64,000 nucleotides of DNA from Gemmatimonas sp. (GCA_965279375.1 OZ257156.1:4320001-4384000), one strand, 5' to 3'. Shown: positions 1-10,621, counted from the first letter of the stretch. The notes: generated by a model from the letters alone, not told the origin. Numbers and translations are program-made.

Positions 1-1
1 C

Positions 2-1438
2 ATCGACAGCGCGGCGGCGCGCATTGCGGCGGTCGCGAAGGACATCGCCAAAGCGTTCGCCGACCTCGATAGCACCAACACGATTCTCGGAGGCGATGCG
101 AAGACGCGGTTCCGCCGCAGTGCGGATGCGACGGTCAACTCGCAGGGCATCACCCCGGAGCTTGAGGCGATCCTCAGCAACATCGACATCAACACCGCCG
201 CAGGCATCGCGGCGGGTCGGAAGAAATTGCAGGACCTGTACGCAGATCTCGCGAAAGATGGGATCAGTGAGAGCGAGCAGATCGTCGTCGACTTCATCAA
301 AAATCTGTTGGGCGACCTCGACGCAGTGGCCGAGGAGGGCACCACGTCGCTCGCACAGAAGCGCGCCAACCGGATCAGCGGCGCCGGGCGTGACGTTGCC
401 GTCAACGACCTTGAGGGGCTCGACGCCTTCAAAGTCATCCTCGACGGCTATGGCGAGACGTTCAGCACGCTGTTCAGCACCTTCGATCTCTCGACGCTGA
501 ACGGTGTGAAGGGTGCAAAGAAGTCCCTCAGTGACTTCTTCGCGCAAATCCGCGACATGAGTGACGCGGACGTTTACGCGCAGTTCGGGGTCTCGAAGGA
601 CGAGTTGCTCGCCGGTATCGACGCGATGGACAACGGCCTCGATGGACTGAGCGGCTCTCTGCAGAACACGGCGGCGGCGACCGCTGCGGCCACCAAGGCC
701 AGCGACGACTTCCTCTACGACCTCAACCAGACGTGGCTGGAAGCGACTGGTCAGGGCCTCCAGGCGCAGCTGAACGTCATCGCGACGTGGGTCGACAACA
801 TGATCGCCGAGGCCGAGCGCCTCGGGATCGCGACCGATGCAATCAAGGCACAGATCCGGGCGATCGGCGCCTCGCGCGTCGCGACGGCGACGGCGAATGC
901 GGCGCAGCAGAGCGGTCAAGCGAGTGCCGCACAGGCCGAGGCACAGCGGCAAGAGCAGATCGCGTATGAGCGCGGCCTCTTCGAAGGCCAAGGCACGAAG
1001 TCGGGCGCGCTCGACACGTTCGTCAAGGCCGTCGAGGGCGCGGTGCTCAACCCGACGCAGAACTTCGTCGCGTCCGACATCACGGCCGCGACGGGCACGC
1101 AGGTACTCCGCATGACGGATTACCTGGCGCAGCTGCTCCAGGAGAACCAGACGCTCGTCGCGCTGTCCCGTCGCCTGGTGGAGCTGATCAGCAGTGCGAT
1201 TGGCGGACCACTCCCTGCCCTGCGGGTGCCGTCGTTCACGCCGCTGAGTGCGGTCTCGGGCCCATCTGCCGCGCCGCCCATCACGCTCGTGTTCAACCTG
1301 CATGGGCCGCTGACCGGGCTGACTCCACAGGAGGCGATGCGCCAACTCGCCGAAGCCGCCGCGCCCTACATCAGCGCCATCATCGCGCGTGACGCCGGCA
1401 CGCAGGCGCGCAATGCTGGCTCCCCGACGCTGAACTAG
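2..1438 (+). CDS. Tape measure protein, C-terminal part (5'-truncated by the window edge)
   Basis: Frame is open from base 2; Ala/Asp/Gln-rich helical sequence ending in a typical TMP tail (ITLVFNLHG...); lies directly upstream of the tail-tip gene. Confidence 0.7.
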   Translation: MDSAAARIAAVAKDIAKAFADLDSTNTILGGDAKTRFRRSADATVNSQGITPELEAILSNIDINTAAGIAAGRKKLQDLYADLAKDGISESEQIVVDFIKNLLGDLDAVAEEGTTSLAQKRANRISGAGRDVAVNDLEGLDAFKVILDGYGETFSTLFSTFDLSTLNGVKGAKKSLSDFFAQIRDMSDADVYAQFGVSKDELLAGIDAMDNGLDGLSGSLQNTAAATAAATKASDDFLYDLNQTWLEATGQGLQAQLNVIATWVDNMIAEAERLGIATDAIKAQIRAIGASRVATATANAAQQSGQASAAQAEAQRQEQIAYERGLFEGQGTKSGALDTFVKAVEGAVLNPTQNFVASDITAATGTQVLRMTDYLAQLLQENQTLVALSRRLVELISSAIGGPLPALRVPSFTPLSAVSGPSAAPPITLVFNLHGPLTGLTPQEAMRQLAEAAAPYISAIIARDAGTQARNAGSPTLN

Positions 1439-1440
1439 CC

Positions 1441-4400
1441 ATGGCCTTCACGCTCGAACGCACGACGGGCTTCAACGGCCGCGCCCTGGGGAAGCTCGCG
1501 GTGTTCGCCATCGCGGTGACGCGCTCGATCGACGGTAACGATGTCCTCGAGGCAACGGTCGGCTTCCCGGCGGGCAGCACGTTGCAGAATCGCAGCACGC
1601 TGCGGCTCACCGATGATGACACCGGTGATGTGTCCGAATGGCGTATCAATCACTTCGAGACTGATGCGGCCGAGGGAATGCCACGGGCGCGCCTGACGGG
1701 TGCGAGCCCCCTCAGCGACTTCGCCACGATGGGGGTGATCTCCCAGACGCAGAACGGGCAGCGCATCACATCGTTCGGCGGCGTCAAGACGATCGCGCAG
1801 TGGCTGACCGACTCCATCCTCACAAGCCTGCCGGCGGACATCGCGCCGTGGCTCGATACCACGCTGGGCACGATCAGCTCGACGGCGCTCTACACGCTGT
1901 CGTTCACCAGCTGGACGCCGCTCGAGCTGATGCGCAGCCTGGAGACCGCGAGCAACGGCGAACTGGTGCTCGAGCGCCAGAGCGGCACGGGCAAGTACCG
2001 CATCGGCCTCCCCGCGCAACGCGGTAGCACGACGCCGGACGTTGTGATCTCGCAGGGCAAGAACCTGCTCCAGTACGCGAGCGAGTCCGACGATGCGGAC
2101 GTGGTCTCGGTGATCGAGCCCTTTGGCTCGGTGGCGAATGGCGACTACGGCCCGTGGAGCATCGGCGAGAACGCCTGGCAGGTCACCGCGATCGATGCGT
2201 CGCTCTGGGTCACGCTGCGGGACAGCACCGGGGCGCAGACCCCGGTCGCCTTCGACGACCAGTACAACAACCACGGGCTCGTGTGGGAGTACGCCGGCAC
2301 GCTGCAGCGGGCGTCGATCGTGGACTCGCGCGCCGTCGATGGGGCGGTGAAGCTCAGTGCCGCGTTGGGGCTCGGCGCCGGCATGGTCGTGAGCATCACG
2401 AAGAGCACGCTCGGCGAACCGCTCGGCGAAGTCTCGAACCCCGCGCTGACCGCGACCGATACCGGACGGCGCATTGAGCCCATCACGGTCGAGGGCGGCC
2501 GCGGTGAGCGAAACTACATGCCGAACGCGCAGCTGCAGAACGGCGCGACGGGATGGTCTGTCGGCGACGCAGGCGCGGTCATTCCGCGCATTAAGCTCAA
2601 CGTCACACGCACCCTGCAGGCGAATGGCGCGCGGAGTGCGGGCTCGAGCGCCGCCCTGCCGATTCGCGGGCTGACGGCGAACGAGTGGGTGTACGAGGGC
2701 GACCAGCTCGTGGTCGCCGGTGCCAACATGGCCATCACGGCCGATGCGGTGCCGACGACCGCCGGTGGCCTCACCCTGACGGTGGCGCCAGGCCTGCCGG
2801 GCGCGATGGCGGACAACGACCCGCTCACGCTGCAGCGCACGCGCGTGCGCAACCTCCTCACCGATGGCGTGCAGTCGATCCTTGGGCCGCTGCGCGTACG
2901 TGCGACGGATGCGGACCAGCTCAGTGACTACTTCCTGATCCCGGCCATCACGACGAAGCTCGTCGTCAACGGCTACGACGCCGGCACATCGCCGATCGGG
3001 ACGCTGCGAGCCACGCAGTTCGAGACGGCGGGTAAGCTGCGGCTGTGGAACGCGGACTACGCGCGGTTCTTCTACAACAGCCTTCCGGCCGGGTCGATCT
3101 ACGACGCGAACATCTACGCGTACTCGCCGCTTTGGAACAGCGGGACGTCGAAGCTGACCGTGACGGTGGATCCAAGCTACACGTACATGATCGGCAGCAT
3201 GACGATCGGGACCACGACGCTCGTTCCCAATGTCGCGGGCAACATCGTCGATGCCGCCGGCAATCGCCGCACGTTCGTGAACTTCCCGTTCGTGCTCGAT
3301 GCGATCGCCGGCGCCGTGCTGACGATGGTCCCGGATCCGCGAATGCTGGGCAGCGGCGAAACGTTTGAGTACGTCGCCACGATGGGCAGCTCGTCGATGC
3401 CGTGGAGCAATACGACGTGGGCAGATGGCACGACGGTGACGCTCACTGAGACGCTTGAGACCCGGACGCTGCGGCTCAATGGCGCGCACATCAGCGGCGC
3501 CACTTCGCTCGCCTTCAAGAACGTCGCCGAACTCGCACGCCGCGACATCCTGACCACCGACGCGGTCTACATCAAGCGGCGGATCTCGGGCACCGTCCGC
3601 GTCACCGCAGTCTCGCGCACGCAGATCGTCGGCGATGATGGCGCAGGCGGCTCCTATACGTACTGGAAGAACGACTTAAGTGTCGATCTGGCGACCAGTA
3701 CGCTCGACAACCTGGCGTCGGCCGACTACACCTCGCAGCCGGTCACCATCGGCGGCATCAACGTGACGTTGCCGGTGCTTGCGGCGACGACCACGCTCTA
3801 CTCGCCGGCGGAGTTTGGCCTCAACGACACGTTCCCGATGACCTACACGGTCACGATGGACGTGATCGACAGCTACACGCCGAGCACAAATGCGTCGTGG
3901 AACAGCGCGGCGCGTGCGACCGTGTCGATCACGATCCCGAGCGGGCGGTCGTACCCGCAGGGCACGAAGGTGTCGACGAACTTCGCCGGGACCTTCACGC
4001 TGATCAACGGCGGCATGGCGTTTGGCGAGTCGCTGATGCGGCTCACCGCGGGGGTCACCGGTCCTGCCTCAAGCATCACGATCGAGACGCGCGACGCAAA
4101 GCTCGGGAAGAATCAGTACGGGGTGAACTACTACAGCCCGCTCGCGGTCGGCTACGAAGACGGCGCGTGTTACCGCATCAAGGCGAGCGCCGGCAGTGTC
4201 ATCCCGATCGCCGGTGATGTGCTCTTCGCGTCGGTGAACTACCAGGTGAACGCGTCGGGCGTGGGCAACATCCCGATCAAGGCCGCCAACACGGTGGCGT
4301 TCGGTGATGGGACCACGATCACGATCACGCGCCCCAGCCTCATTCCCGCGGACGAGCCGAGCACGGGCAATATCGTGCGTATGTTGGGCGCCACGTGGGC

Positions 4401-4557
4401 GGGCGCTGGGCAGCTTGAGACGAAGCTCCCGGTCACCTACATCGACGTGCAGAGCCCGGCGGGCATTCAGATCACCGCGTCGGTGTGGTTCGTGCTCAAC
4501 TTGCCTGTCACGGGTGTGCCGCTGACCACGCCGTTGACGATCAAGCTCGTGCAGTAA
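1441..4557 (+). CDS. Tail-tip (Tal / prophage-tail-like) protein, N-terminal part; probably continues through the TAA at 4555 into 4573-6906
   Basis: Motif ISQGKNLLQYASESDDADVVSVIEPFG resembles the prophage tail domain; Thr/Gly-rich beta inserts; follows the TMP. Confidence 0.7.
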   Translation: MAFTLERTTGFNGRALGKLAVFAIAVTRSIDGNDVLEATVGFPAGSTLQNRSTLRLTDDDTGDVSEWRINHFETDAAEGMPRARLTGASPLSDFATMGVISQTQNGQRITSFGGVKTIAQWLTDSILTSLPADIAPWLDTTLGTISSTALYTLSFTSWTPLELMRSLETASNGELVLERQSGTGKYRIGLPAQRGSTTPDVVISQGKNLLQYASESDDADVVSVIEPFGSVANGDYGPWSIGENAWQVTAIDASLWVTLRDSTGAQTPVAFDDQYNNHGLVWEYAGTLQRASIVDSRAVDGAVKLSAALGLGAGMVVSITKSTLGEPLGEVSNPALTATDTGRRIEPITVEGGRGERNYMPNAQLQNGATGWSVGDAGAVIPRIKLNVTRTLQANGARSAGSSAALPIRGLTANEWVYEGDQLVVAGANMAITADAVPTTAGGLTLTVAPGLPGAMADNDPLTLQRTRVRNLLTDGVQSILGPLRVRATDADQLSDYFLIPAITTKLVVNGYDAGTSPIGTLRATQFETAGKLRLWNADYARFFYNSLPAGSIYDANIYAYSPLWNSGTSKLTVTVDPSYTYMIGSMTIGTTTLVPNVAGNIVDAAGNRRTFVNFPFVLDAIAGAVLTMVPDPRMLGSGETFEYVATMGSSSMPWSNTTWADGTTVTLTETLETRTLRLNGAHISGATSLAFKNVAELARRDILTTDAVYIKRRISGTVRVTAVSRTQIVGDDGAGGSYTYWKNDLSVDLATSTLDNLASADYTSQPVTIGGINVTLPVLAATTTLYSPAEFGLNDTFPMTYTVTMDVIDSYTPSTNASWNSAARATVSITIPSGRSYPQGTKVSTNFAGTFTLINGGMAFGESLMRLTAGVTGPASSITIETRDAKLGKNQYGVNYYSPLAVGYEDGACYRIKASAGSVIPIAGDVLFASVNYQVNASGVGNIPIKAANTVAFGDGTTITITRPSLIPADEPSTGNIVRMLGATWAGAGQLETKLPVTYIDVQSPAGIQITASVWFVLNLPVTGVPLTTPLTIKLVQ

Positions 4558-4572
4558 GGGCTCACCGATACC

Positions 4573-6906
4573 GTGCTGGTGACGGCCTCCGTCGCCGAGG
4601 TCTACGGGACTGGCGGGCCGCAGGTCGTCCGAATCACGACGTCAGCCGTCGCGATGGTGTCAGGTCTGTATCGCATCGACTGCGTGGGCGTGCCGGGCAC
4701 CGCCTATCAGAGCAATCAGTACTTCGCCGTCCTCAAGGGCATGATCCACAAGGGCGATGACGCGGAAACGCCGTTCGTCGATCTGTCCCATGCGAATGCG
4801 CTCCTGCTGACGGCAAACATTCGCCTCCTCGCGGGCTCGCGCGAGCGGCGCGCCATCACCGCCACGGTCGCGCAGCTGCAGTCGGCGATCGGGTTCACGC
4901 CCTCGCGTGCCGGCCTCGAACCCGGCGTGACGTATGTGCTCGACGACGTCGGCGAACGCCTGCGCTTGGTCGCGTCGATCCGCGACTATCTGAACACCTC
5001 GCGCACCGTCATCAAGCTCGAGAACCAGAGTCGCAATCTCGCACGCCTCCTCGGCGCTGGCGGCATCTCCACGCTGGGTGGATCAGGCGCCGTCACCTCA
5101 GTAGTGGCGAGCAGCAGCGGCAGCAGTGGCACGTCCGCCTCCGCGCCGTTCGATCGCTGGAGCTTCACGAACCCTGAGTGGGGCATGGTGCTCGACGGCG
5201 TCACCGACGACAGTGCCGGCATTCTTCGGATGATGGACGCCGCAAAGACGGTCGCGCGCACGCGCGGCTGGCGCCAGTACTTCCGTCAGGCGCTAGACGT
5301 CGATTGCCTGGTGACCGACTACACGCCGAACGTGAACGCCGGCGTGCTCTATGGCTGTGTGTATCCCGTCGATGGCGTCACGATCACGCCCGGAATGCGG
5401 ATCGCCGTGAAGAACGGCACGCCCAACGATGCGCTCTTCGCTGGCATCTGGATCGCGTCGACTACCGCGTGGACGCGCGCGACGGACCTCGACTCGTGGA
5501 CCGATCTCACCGGCGGCGGCGTCTACTCCAGCACGATCATCCGAGTGGTGAACGGCACGCTGTGGGAAGACTCCGAGCACATGGTCGGCTACAACACGCT
5601 GGGGACTGGCAGCTACACCGGCACGCCGTCCTGGTATCTGAGTCTGATCAACCCGATCGGCGATGACGTGCGGCTGACGCTGCCGGCGGGCTATGAGTGC
5701 CGCCACACGCAGCGCTTCACCGTGCCGTTCGGCTGCGCGCTCGACGCCCAGGGCAAGATCATCAGTCACATGAGCACGCGCGCCGAGTTTGCGATCAAGG
5801 CGCTGCAGCATGGACGCATCATCCGCCTGAACCAATACGTCGACAACGGCAGCGGCGTGCAGCTCGTCTCGCGTGCAGGCGTCAACCACGGCGACATCAT
5901 TACGCAGAACCGACTCGCGACGTCGTCCGTCGATTGCTGGGGCCTGAACATCAAGGGATTCGCCCACACCATTCGATCGATCTCGGTGGGCTTGTTCGGC
6001 GGCAACGTGCTCGACGAGTCTGCCGATCTCCAGGTCGGCACCGCGTACATCGTGTACGGCATTCGGCAGCTCGAACTCCTCAGCACGCACAACAACCTTT
6101 GGTCGAATGTGACCATCGACAACACCGCGGCGGGCGGCGTCGGCATCCGACTGAATACCTGCCAGAACACGCGCATCTACGGAAATGTGTTCAACCTCGA
6201 TGGTACGATGGGCGCGAACACCAACTTCTCGACGCCGCTGCTGGTCGGCGACGCGAGCTATGCCTCGGATGGGAACGAGTGCTTCGGCGTGACGCTGGAC
6301 CTCAACGTCTACAATACCGGCGGCATCGTCTGCGACATCGGCAACATGCGCGAGTCGCTCATCCGACTGAACACGGCGCGCGACTACTTCACCTACGGGT
6401 CGAAAGACTACGTCATCGAGCAGATCGTGAAGTGGCAGGATCGCGCGCGCGATTCCGTGGTCATCGAAGCGAACGTCGCAGCCAGCATCCCGACGATTGC
6501 AAGCTTTGCGGCCGGTGTCACGGCGGGCGGTGTGGTCACGTACAACCAGAGCGGTCTCCTCAAGCGCGTGCAGAGCAATGGCACGACGTTCACGGTCGGC
6601 GCAGGCGGCGGCGGTAGCTCGCGCACGACTGGTACGGTGACAGTCGATTTCGGCGCCGCCCCCGGCTCGAGTGCGCAGAAGGTCGTCGTCACCGGCCAGA
6701 CTGGGATAGCGCTCGGCTCGGTGGTTGAAGTGTTCTTCGTCGGCGCCGCGACCGCCGACCATTCGGCCTATGAGCACGAAACCATTCTGCCACTCCACAC
6801 CGTGGCCGTTGCTGGCGACATCATCGCCGGGACGGGCTTCACCATCTACGTCACGTCGAGCCTGCGGCTCTCGGGCCTCGTATCGCTCGCGTGGGCGTGG
6901 CAGTAA
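4573..6906 (+). CDS. Tail-tip C-terminal part / tail fibre with a pectin-lyase-like beta-helix
   Basis: Same frame as 1441-4557; WGMVLDGVTDDSAGI is a tailspike N-terminal motif; fibre motif VDGVTITPGMRIAVKNG...WTRATD; Asn-rich beta-helix-like repeats. Confidence 0.65.
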   Translation: MLVTASVAEVYGTGGPQVVRITTSAVAMVSGLYRIDCVGVPGTAYQSNQYFAVLKGMIHKGDDAETPFVDLSHANALLLTANIRLLAGSRERRAITATVAQLQSAIGFTPSRAGLEPGVTYVLDDVGERLRLVASIRDYLNTSRTVIKLENQSRNLARLLGAGGISTLGGSGAVTSVVASSSGSSGTSASAPFDRWSFTNPEWGMVLDGVTDDSAGILRMMDAAKTVARTRGWRQYFRQALDVDCLVTDYTPNVNAGVLYGCVYPVDGVTITPGMRIAVKNGTPNDALFAGIWIASTTAWTRATDLDSWTDLTGGGVYSSTIIRVVNGTLWEDSEHMVGYNTLGTGSYTGTPSWYLSLINPIGDDVRLTLPAGYECRHTQRFTVPFGCALDAQGKIISHMSTRAEFAIKALQHGRIIRLNQYVDNGSGVQLVSRAGVNHGDIITQNRLATSSVDCWGLNIKGFAHTIRSISVGLFGGNVLDESADLQVGTAYIVYGIRQLELLSTHNNLWSNVTIDNTAAGGVGIRLNTCQNTRIYGNVFNLDGTMGANTNFSTPLLVGDASYASDGNECFGVTLDLNVYNTGGIVCDIGNMRESLIRLNTARDYFTYGSKDYVIEQIVKWQDRARDSVVIEANVAASIPTIASFAAGVTAGGVVTYNQSGLLKRVQSNGTTFTVGAGGGGSSRTTGTVTVDFGAAPGSSAQKVVVTGQTGIALGSVVEVFFVGAATADHSAYEHETILPLHTVAVAGDIIAGTGFTIYVTSSLRLSGLVSLAWAWQ

Positions 6907-6924
6907 CCAACACAGGAGAGAACG

Positions 6925-8397
6925 ATGGCCGGAATCCGCATCGAAGGAGACGCCTCGGGCAACGTCGCCGAGGTGACCTCTGCCAAGCAGCTCAAGATCG
7001 TCCCTGAGACCAACCCGTCTGGCAATCCCGGCAACGTCGGCGCGATGACGATGCACTCGCTCAACGACAACGGGCAGGTCAGCGGAACGCCGCGCGTCTC
7101 CTCGCCGGAAACGTCGAGCGACTATCGGCTGCGCGTCGGCATGGACCTCATGCTCGACACTGAGGTGTTCAACTACGCGGCGCAGAACACCAGCAAACAC
7201 AGCTACACTGCCGTCACAATGGCGAATGCGCTGTCTGGTGGCTTCCTGAACATCAACTCCGCAGGCATCACGACGCTCAACACGGCGACGCGGTTCTTCA
7301 CGCAGCGCATGTTCGTGCTGCCCGGCCAGCAGACCTCGCTCTACGCCGAGACGCTCGCGGCGCTGTCGGCGGCGCCGGCCACGAACACGACGATCGACTT
7401 CGGCCTGTTCATCTGCGGCGCTGGCGCACCGATGGCGCCGACCGATGGCGCATACTTCCGCATCACCAACGCGGGCGTCTACGGCGTCGTGAACTACAAC
7501 GGCACCGAAACTGGCTCGGCCATCTTCAGCTTCACGCCGGTCGTCAACCGCGTGTATCAGTTCCTAGTTACGGTCACGAACCGCAATGTCGAGTTCTGGA
7601 TCGACGATGTGCTGTACGGCGAAATCTCCACGCCGGTCGGGCAGTCGCAGCCCTTCCAGTCGCAGTCGCTCCCGTACGCGATCCGGCATTCGATTGGCGG
7701 CACGGCTGCCGGATCAGCGCTCTCGCTCAAGGTGGCCGCGTACTCCGTGGCGCTCGGCGACTCGTCGGCGTCCAAGGACTTCGAGACGGCACTCTGCAAG
7801 TCGGGCCAAGGCGCCGCACAGGGGCAGTCGGGCGGTACGATGGGCACGACGGCCAACTACGTGAATTCGGCGGACCCCGCGGCCGCGGCGGCGCTCTCCA
7901 ATACCACCGCACTGGTGACGGGGCTTGGTGGGCAGTACCGCTTCAACGCGGGGGTGACTGCGGTGACAGACGGCATCGTCACCAGCTTTCAGGTACCAGC
8001 GGGAACGGTCGCGGTACCGGGCCGCTCGCTCATCGTCACTGGCATCAATCTGTCGGCCGTCAACATGGGAGCGGCCGTGGCGACCACGGCATCGACGATT
8101 GCCTGGTCACTGGCATTCGGTCACACGGCAGTGTCGCTGGCCACCGCGGAGACGGGCTCGTTCGTCTCGGGTACAGCCAAAGCGCCACGCCGCGTGCCGC
8201 TCGGTTTCATGACATGGCCCGTCGGTGCAGGTGTCGGCCAAGGGCCGCAGAACGGCGACATCTACATTCCGTTTACGTCGCCCATCGTCGTGAACCCGGG
8301 CGAGTTCATCGCGTCTGTCGCGAAGTTCATCATGGGCACGGCGACGGCCTCGCAAGTGATCTGGGGCCACGTGACCATCGTCGGCTACTTCGAATAG
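6925..8397 (+). CDS. Virion structural / fibre-associated protein with a ConA/LamG-like central region
   Basis: AGGAGA SD upstream; Thr/Ala/Gly-rich; YQFLVTVTNRNVEFWIDDVLYGEI is a ConA-like segment. Confidence 0.55.
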   Translation: MAGIRIEGDASGNVAEVTSAKQLKIVPETNPSGNPGNVGAMTMHSLNDNGQVSGTPRVSSPETSSDYRLRVGMDLMLDTEVFNYAAQNTSKHSYTAVTMANALSGGFLNINSAGITTLNTATRFFTQRMFVLPGQQTSLYAETLAALSAAPATNTTIDFGLFICGAGAPMAPTDGAYFRITNAGVYGVVNYNGTETGSAIFSFTPVVNRVYQFLVTVTNRNVEFWIDDVLYGEISTPVGQSQPFQSQSLPYAIRHSIGGTAAGSALSLKVAAYSVALGDSSASKDFETALCKSGQGAAQGQSGGTMGTTANYVNSADPAAAAALSNTTALVTGLGGQYRFNAGVTAVTDGIVTSFQVPAGTVAVPGRSLIVTGINLSAVNMGAAVATTASTIAWSLAFGHTAVSLATAETGSFVSGTAKAPRRVPLGFMTWPVGAGVGQGPQNGDIYIPFTSPIVVNPGEFIASVAKFIMGTATASQVIWGHVTIVGYFE

Positions 8398-8409
8398 GCG
8401 GATCGACCC

Positions 8410-9204
8410 ATGCCGATCACACACTATATCGACGACGAAGACAACGACGCGCTGAACCTGATCGTCTACGAGGCCGAGCCGGACCTCATGGGGCTGATCA
8501 CGTCGCGCGAGCAGCAGACGTGGCCGGGCAAGGCCGGCGTCGTCGTCAGTCCAGTTCGGACAACGGACCAGCGCACGTTTCGCTTCGTCTACGACACCCG
8601 CGTCACGACGCCGGCGGCGCGCCTGGCGTTGGTCGACCTCTTGGCGGACAAGTTCTGCACCGGGCTGAAAGAGATTCGCGAGGCGCATTCGCCCGATCGC
8701 GCGATGCGCGGACTTGCGCGGGTCTTTCAGGCCAACGTGCCGCTCGGTCCGCGCCAGGTGAACATCGCACCGCGCGTCGTCGTCGAATTCGCGTGTCCGA
8801 TCGCCTCCAAGTGGGATGTGCAGGCGCAGTCCCGGTGGCTCACGACGACGCCGGTCGACATCCCGTGCGGCACTGTCTCGCACGGAGGCCAACTCTGGCT
8901 CCCGGGGCCGCTCTCCGCCGAAGTGCGCATCAAGTATCGCAACGCGGCGGGCCAGCTCGTCGGCGAGTTGGTGTTGATGCCATCGATTGGCTCGAGCGAC
9001 ACGCTCATGGTCGATCTCTCGGCGAATCAGCTCTGGAAGGTCGACAGCGTCAACGTCTACACCGATGCCTACGCGATGAAGACCGGCGGGCAGTGGTTTG
9101 TGCTGTCGCATCGCTATGGCAATCGCGCCCTCGACGTGTGGGGTACGCTCGAGGTGACCGGCGCGACCGGCACCTACTTCTACCGTCGCAACTGGAGCAA
9201 CTAG
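8410..9204 (+). CDS. Distal tail protein (Dit)-like
   Basis: 264 aa; pattern WPGKAGVVV...RTFRFVY...VVVEFACP...YFYRRNW resembles siphophage Dit proteins. Confidence 0.5.
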   Translation: MPITHYIDDEDNDALNLIVYEAEPDLMGLITSREQQTWPGKAGVVVSPVRTTDQRTFRFVYDTRVTTPAARLALVDLLADKFCTGLKEIREAHSPDRAMRGLARVFQANVPLGPRQVNIAPRVVVEFACPIASKWDVQAQSRWLTTTPVDIPCGTVSHGGQLWLPGPLSAEVRIKYRNAAGQLVGELVLMPSIGSSDTLMVDLSANQLWKVDSVNVYTDAYAMKTGGQWFVLSHRYGNRALDVWGTLEVTGATGTYFYRRNWSN

Positions 9205-9936
9205 GTGACGATCCCACTCGCGCCCCCAGATCTCGACCCGACCGAGCTCGCGCTCGTCAGTCGCTGCGTCTACCACTATCGGCCGTCCGATCTGACGGTC
9301 GACATGCTGAACGGCCAGAAAGGCACGTTCACGCGCAACGCGACGGCGACGTTCTTGGACTCCCTGGGCGTGACCTGCACGGCTGGCTACGGGCAGCCGC
9401 GGTTCGAGCCGCGCAGCTTTCTGGGCTCGACGCGCATGGGGCTCCTGTTGGGCACCAGCGATCGGCTCACCTTCGCGGCGGATCTGCGCCCACGCGCCTT
9501 GGCGTTCTGGTTCGCGTTCGAGCAGATCGGCGCGATCGGGGCGGCGGGCACGGGCCTGTTCTCGCTGTGCAACGATGCGGCGACCGGTGCGCGCCTCGTG
9601 CTCGATTCCAGCGGCGCGTTCTATCGCCTCACGCACCACAACGGTTCCAGCTCGATCACCGTCACGCTGGCCGCCGCGCCGGTCAACGGTGATGACGTCG
9701 TTCTATGGGGCTACCTGTACGGCGACGGCAGCGTGCAGCTCTTCCAGCAGATCGGGTCCGCCAATGCGACCAACACCGCGCGCAGCAGTGCGAACGCGCT
9801 GGGAAGCGCGTGGGCCACGGGCGCGCGCCTGCGCTTCAACGGCGTCGGGACTGGCGGCACCGGTAGCCTCTGGCTCGATCGCTTTCGTATGATGTTGGCC
9901 CTCCCGACCTACGCCGAGTTGAGTCGCACGCAATGA
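9205..9936 (+). CDS. Head-spike/fibre-like protein with a ConA-like domain
   Basis: TFTRNATATFLDSLG...QPRFEP...GLLLG motif is common in phage fibre proteins. Confidence 0.55.
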   Translation: MTIPLAPPDLDPTELALVSRCVYHYRPSDLTVDMLNGQKGTFTRNATATFLDSLGVTCTAGYGQPRFEPRSFLGSTRMGLLLGTSDRLTFAADLRPRALAFWFAFEQIGAIGAAGTGLFSLCNDAATGARLVLDSSGAFYRLTHHNGSSSITVTLAAAPVNGDDVVLWGYLYGDGSVQLFQQIGSANATNTARSSANALGSAWATGARLRFNGVGTGGTGSLWLDRFRMMLALPTYAELSRTQ

Positions 9937-10598
9937 GCTCGATCGCTTCCCTCCTGACGACCGCGCCACGCATCGCCACGTGGCAAGACGCTGAGACGGT
10001 GCTCGCCATCATCGCCGCCTGTGCGGGCGGCCTCGCTACCACGGCGACCGCGGCGCGCTGGGCGTGGCTCCGCGCGATCAAGGTGCGCGAGGCCCGACGC
10101 GAGCGTGATGCGCGCTCGCAAGCGATCCTGACGCGCCTCGACACCCTCGCTGAAGGGGTGGGGCAGATCGCGCACGAGGTCCGGGACAACGGCGGCAGCT
10201 CGCTCAAGGATGTCGTTCGCGAAATCCGGTCGAGTTTGGCCCTCGAGGTCTCAGCGCGACGTGTCACCGAGACGCGCGCCATCTGGGAGCGTCGCGTCCA
10301 ACACGACGGCACCATCGTGCCGGTCTACGTGAGTCCCGAATGGACGCACCTTACCGGGCTTACGCGCGAAGACACCGAGAACGGAGGCTGGATGCGGGCG
10401 ATCGCGTCGGCCGATCGGGAGCGGATCGTGGCGAATGCGATGGAGGCGTGGGACGATGGGCGCATGTTTCAGGCGGAATACGACGTAGTCAATGTGCTGA
10501 CCGGCGTCCGCACTGCCGTGCGCCACCGCAGCACACCCGTGTTGGACGCCCGCGGCCGCATCGTCGGCTGGGTAGGACATCTCCAGCCGCTTTGGTAG
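9933..10598 (+). CDS. Membrane-anchored PAS/PAC-domain protein at the head of the lysis cassette
   Basis: N-terminal hydrophobic helix, coiled coil with NGGSSLKD, then PAS_3-like YVSPEWTHLTGLTREDTENGGWMRAIASADRERI...PVLDARGRIVGWVG. Confidence 0.8.
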   Translation: MSSIASLLTTAPRIATWQDAETVLAIIAACAGGLATTATAARWAWLRAIKVREARRERDARSQAILTRLDTLAEGVGQIAHEVRDNGGSSLKDVVREIRSSLALEVSARRVTETRAIWERRVQHDGTIVPVYVSPEWTHLTGLTREDTENGGWMRAIASADRERIVANAMEAWDDGRMFQAEYDVVNVLTGVRTAVRHRSTPVLDARGRIVGWVGHLQPLW

Positions 10599-10600
10599 TT

Positions 10601-10621
10601 CCTTGCGCTTTTGGCACGGTG
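10601..10621 (+). promoter_or_regulatory. Promoter/operator-like motif upstream of the holin (copy 1)
   Basis: CCTTGCGCTTTTGGCACGGTG, 19/21 identical to 19793-19813. Confidence 0.55.
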
